From: Amphiscolops sp. MND2022
Taxonomy: Eukaryota
DNA: 64,000 bases
NCBI GenBank assembly: GCA_964187785.1
Contig: OZ076409.1
Location: 45,510,001 to 45,574,000 of the forward strand
Reading direction: 5' to 3'
Below the pieces are notes generated by a model. It did not search any database and had not been told where the DNA came from. It saw only the letters and a program-made list of their open reading frames with translations. The stretch's first letter is position 1. Every line of letters starts with the position of its first letter. Shown piece by piece: positions 63,163 through 64,000 of the stretch. A program made the position numbers and the translations under genes.

Positions 63163-64000
63163 TCAGTCGAGCATTCTGAAGACAGGATTCACCTTAGGTT
63201 TTGGGTTAGGTCTCAAGTTGTATCTCCCACGTTTCTAGGATTGTATCCAACAACTGTAGGAGGTAGTTCGGGAGTTTTGGGAGAGTTTGTATAAGCGGTG
63301 GAGTCAAATTGTAGGGATTGTCACTGACATCCAGATTGAATGACGTAACCTTATCGGGGGACGTTTTATCACCATCAGAATTTTCAACTGTGGTTGTTTT
63401 GACCACTTCATTTCCTGTTGTAGTTGCGTTATCTTCTGTCTTGTCTGTGGTTTCTGTAATTGTAGCTTCTTCCGACGACTTTTTCGTAGGTGTTCCGATT
63501 AGAACTTCTCCGAATTCGATTTCCCAAGCTTGCGCGTCCCAATCACTGTGGATTGTTTTAACCTCTGGATCTGGAAGGTAATCTTCCCCTGTGACTGTTA
63601 CGTCAGGTATTCGCTGATTGGATGCGTATAGCCTTAGGCGAATTCTATGGAGGGTTTGTGTGTATCTTGTACCCGTTCTGCGTACGACGTAGTTGTTATT
63701 TGAGAAAACTTTGACTACTATGTAAAGTCTAGTCTAAGTGCAATCTTTGAATGCAAATTTCATTGACTGGTTGTCAGCTTTCGGATTAAGGACGTAGCAG
63801 CAGTCGTTGATTTTGAGTCGCGTAGCAGTCGCTTTCTTATCGTAATACTGTTTGTATTTGAGATATGACCGCATTAGATTGTCTTTGGCGGCTTGGTGTA
63901 TTTTGCGAATTGTTTCTGCAGTTCATCCGTTAGGTCTTCGTTGTTGTCTTTTTCCATTCAGGCTTTAATCCGAGTTTGATGTCCAGAATATTGTACGGGA
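63163..64000 (-). mobile_element. Ty3/Gypsy LTR retrotransposon pol 3' end (integrase C-terminal GPY/F region), degenerate; continues off the right edge
   Basis: Manual - strand translation with frameshifts: PYNILDIKLGLKP...DELQKQ...IHQAAKDNLMRSYLKYKQYYDKKATATRLKINDCCYVLNP...KFAFKDCT*TRLYIVVKVFSNNNYVVRRTGTRYTQTLHRIRLRLY...acidic/Thr-rich linker...RYNLRPNPKP. This follows the K..YD / L..GD.V / (W.GPY).V / H..RL pattern of Gypsy integrases. Confidence 0.88.

Noticed and set aside
62950..63163. Polypurine tract and 3' LTR after the Gypsy integrase
   Set aside because: No convincing purine run followed by TG on the - strand, and no direct repeat in the window with which to define an LTR.

Overview
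Eukaryotic, probably animal, repeat-rich DNA; the species cannot be determined from the window. About 57.3 kb (1-~57283) is one head-to-tail, AT-rich satellite array that continues off the left edge. It has ~176-178 bp monomers plus a ~139 bp variant lacking one copy of an internal 40 bp duplication. Successive higher-order-repeat (HOR) domains have periods of ~528, ~1229, ~1840, ~490, ~317 and ~2445 bp, with larger block duplications on top. Each monomer carries 10 bp-phased A-tracts and two interleaved inverted repeats. A ~550 bp 5'-truncated CR1/L2-group LINE fragment interrupts the array at ~12.0-12.6 kb. Beyond the array edge (57.3-64 kb) is a compact cluster of decayed genes: (i) a possible + strand terminal exon; (ii) an apparently intronless, frameshifted - strand acidic ORF beginning with a SUMO-interacting-motif-like peptide; (iii) a candidate bidirectional promoter with three CCAAT boxes, an ETS core and a CRE; (iv) a + strand, intron-containing, zinc-finger hAT-transposase-like pseudogene that seems to lack the catalytic motifs and spans a 200-N scaffold gap; (v) the - strand C-terminal half of a Ty3/Gypsy integrase. 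The most interesting hypothesis is that (i)-(iv) are multi-gene cargo in the 3' region of a large Gypsy element. No intact gene, RNA gene or CRISPR array was found. All family assignments are by eye, without database searches.
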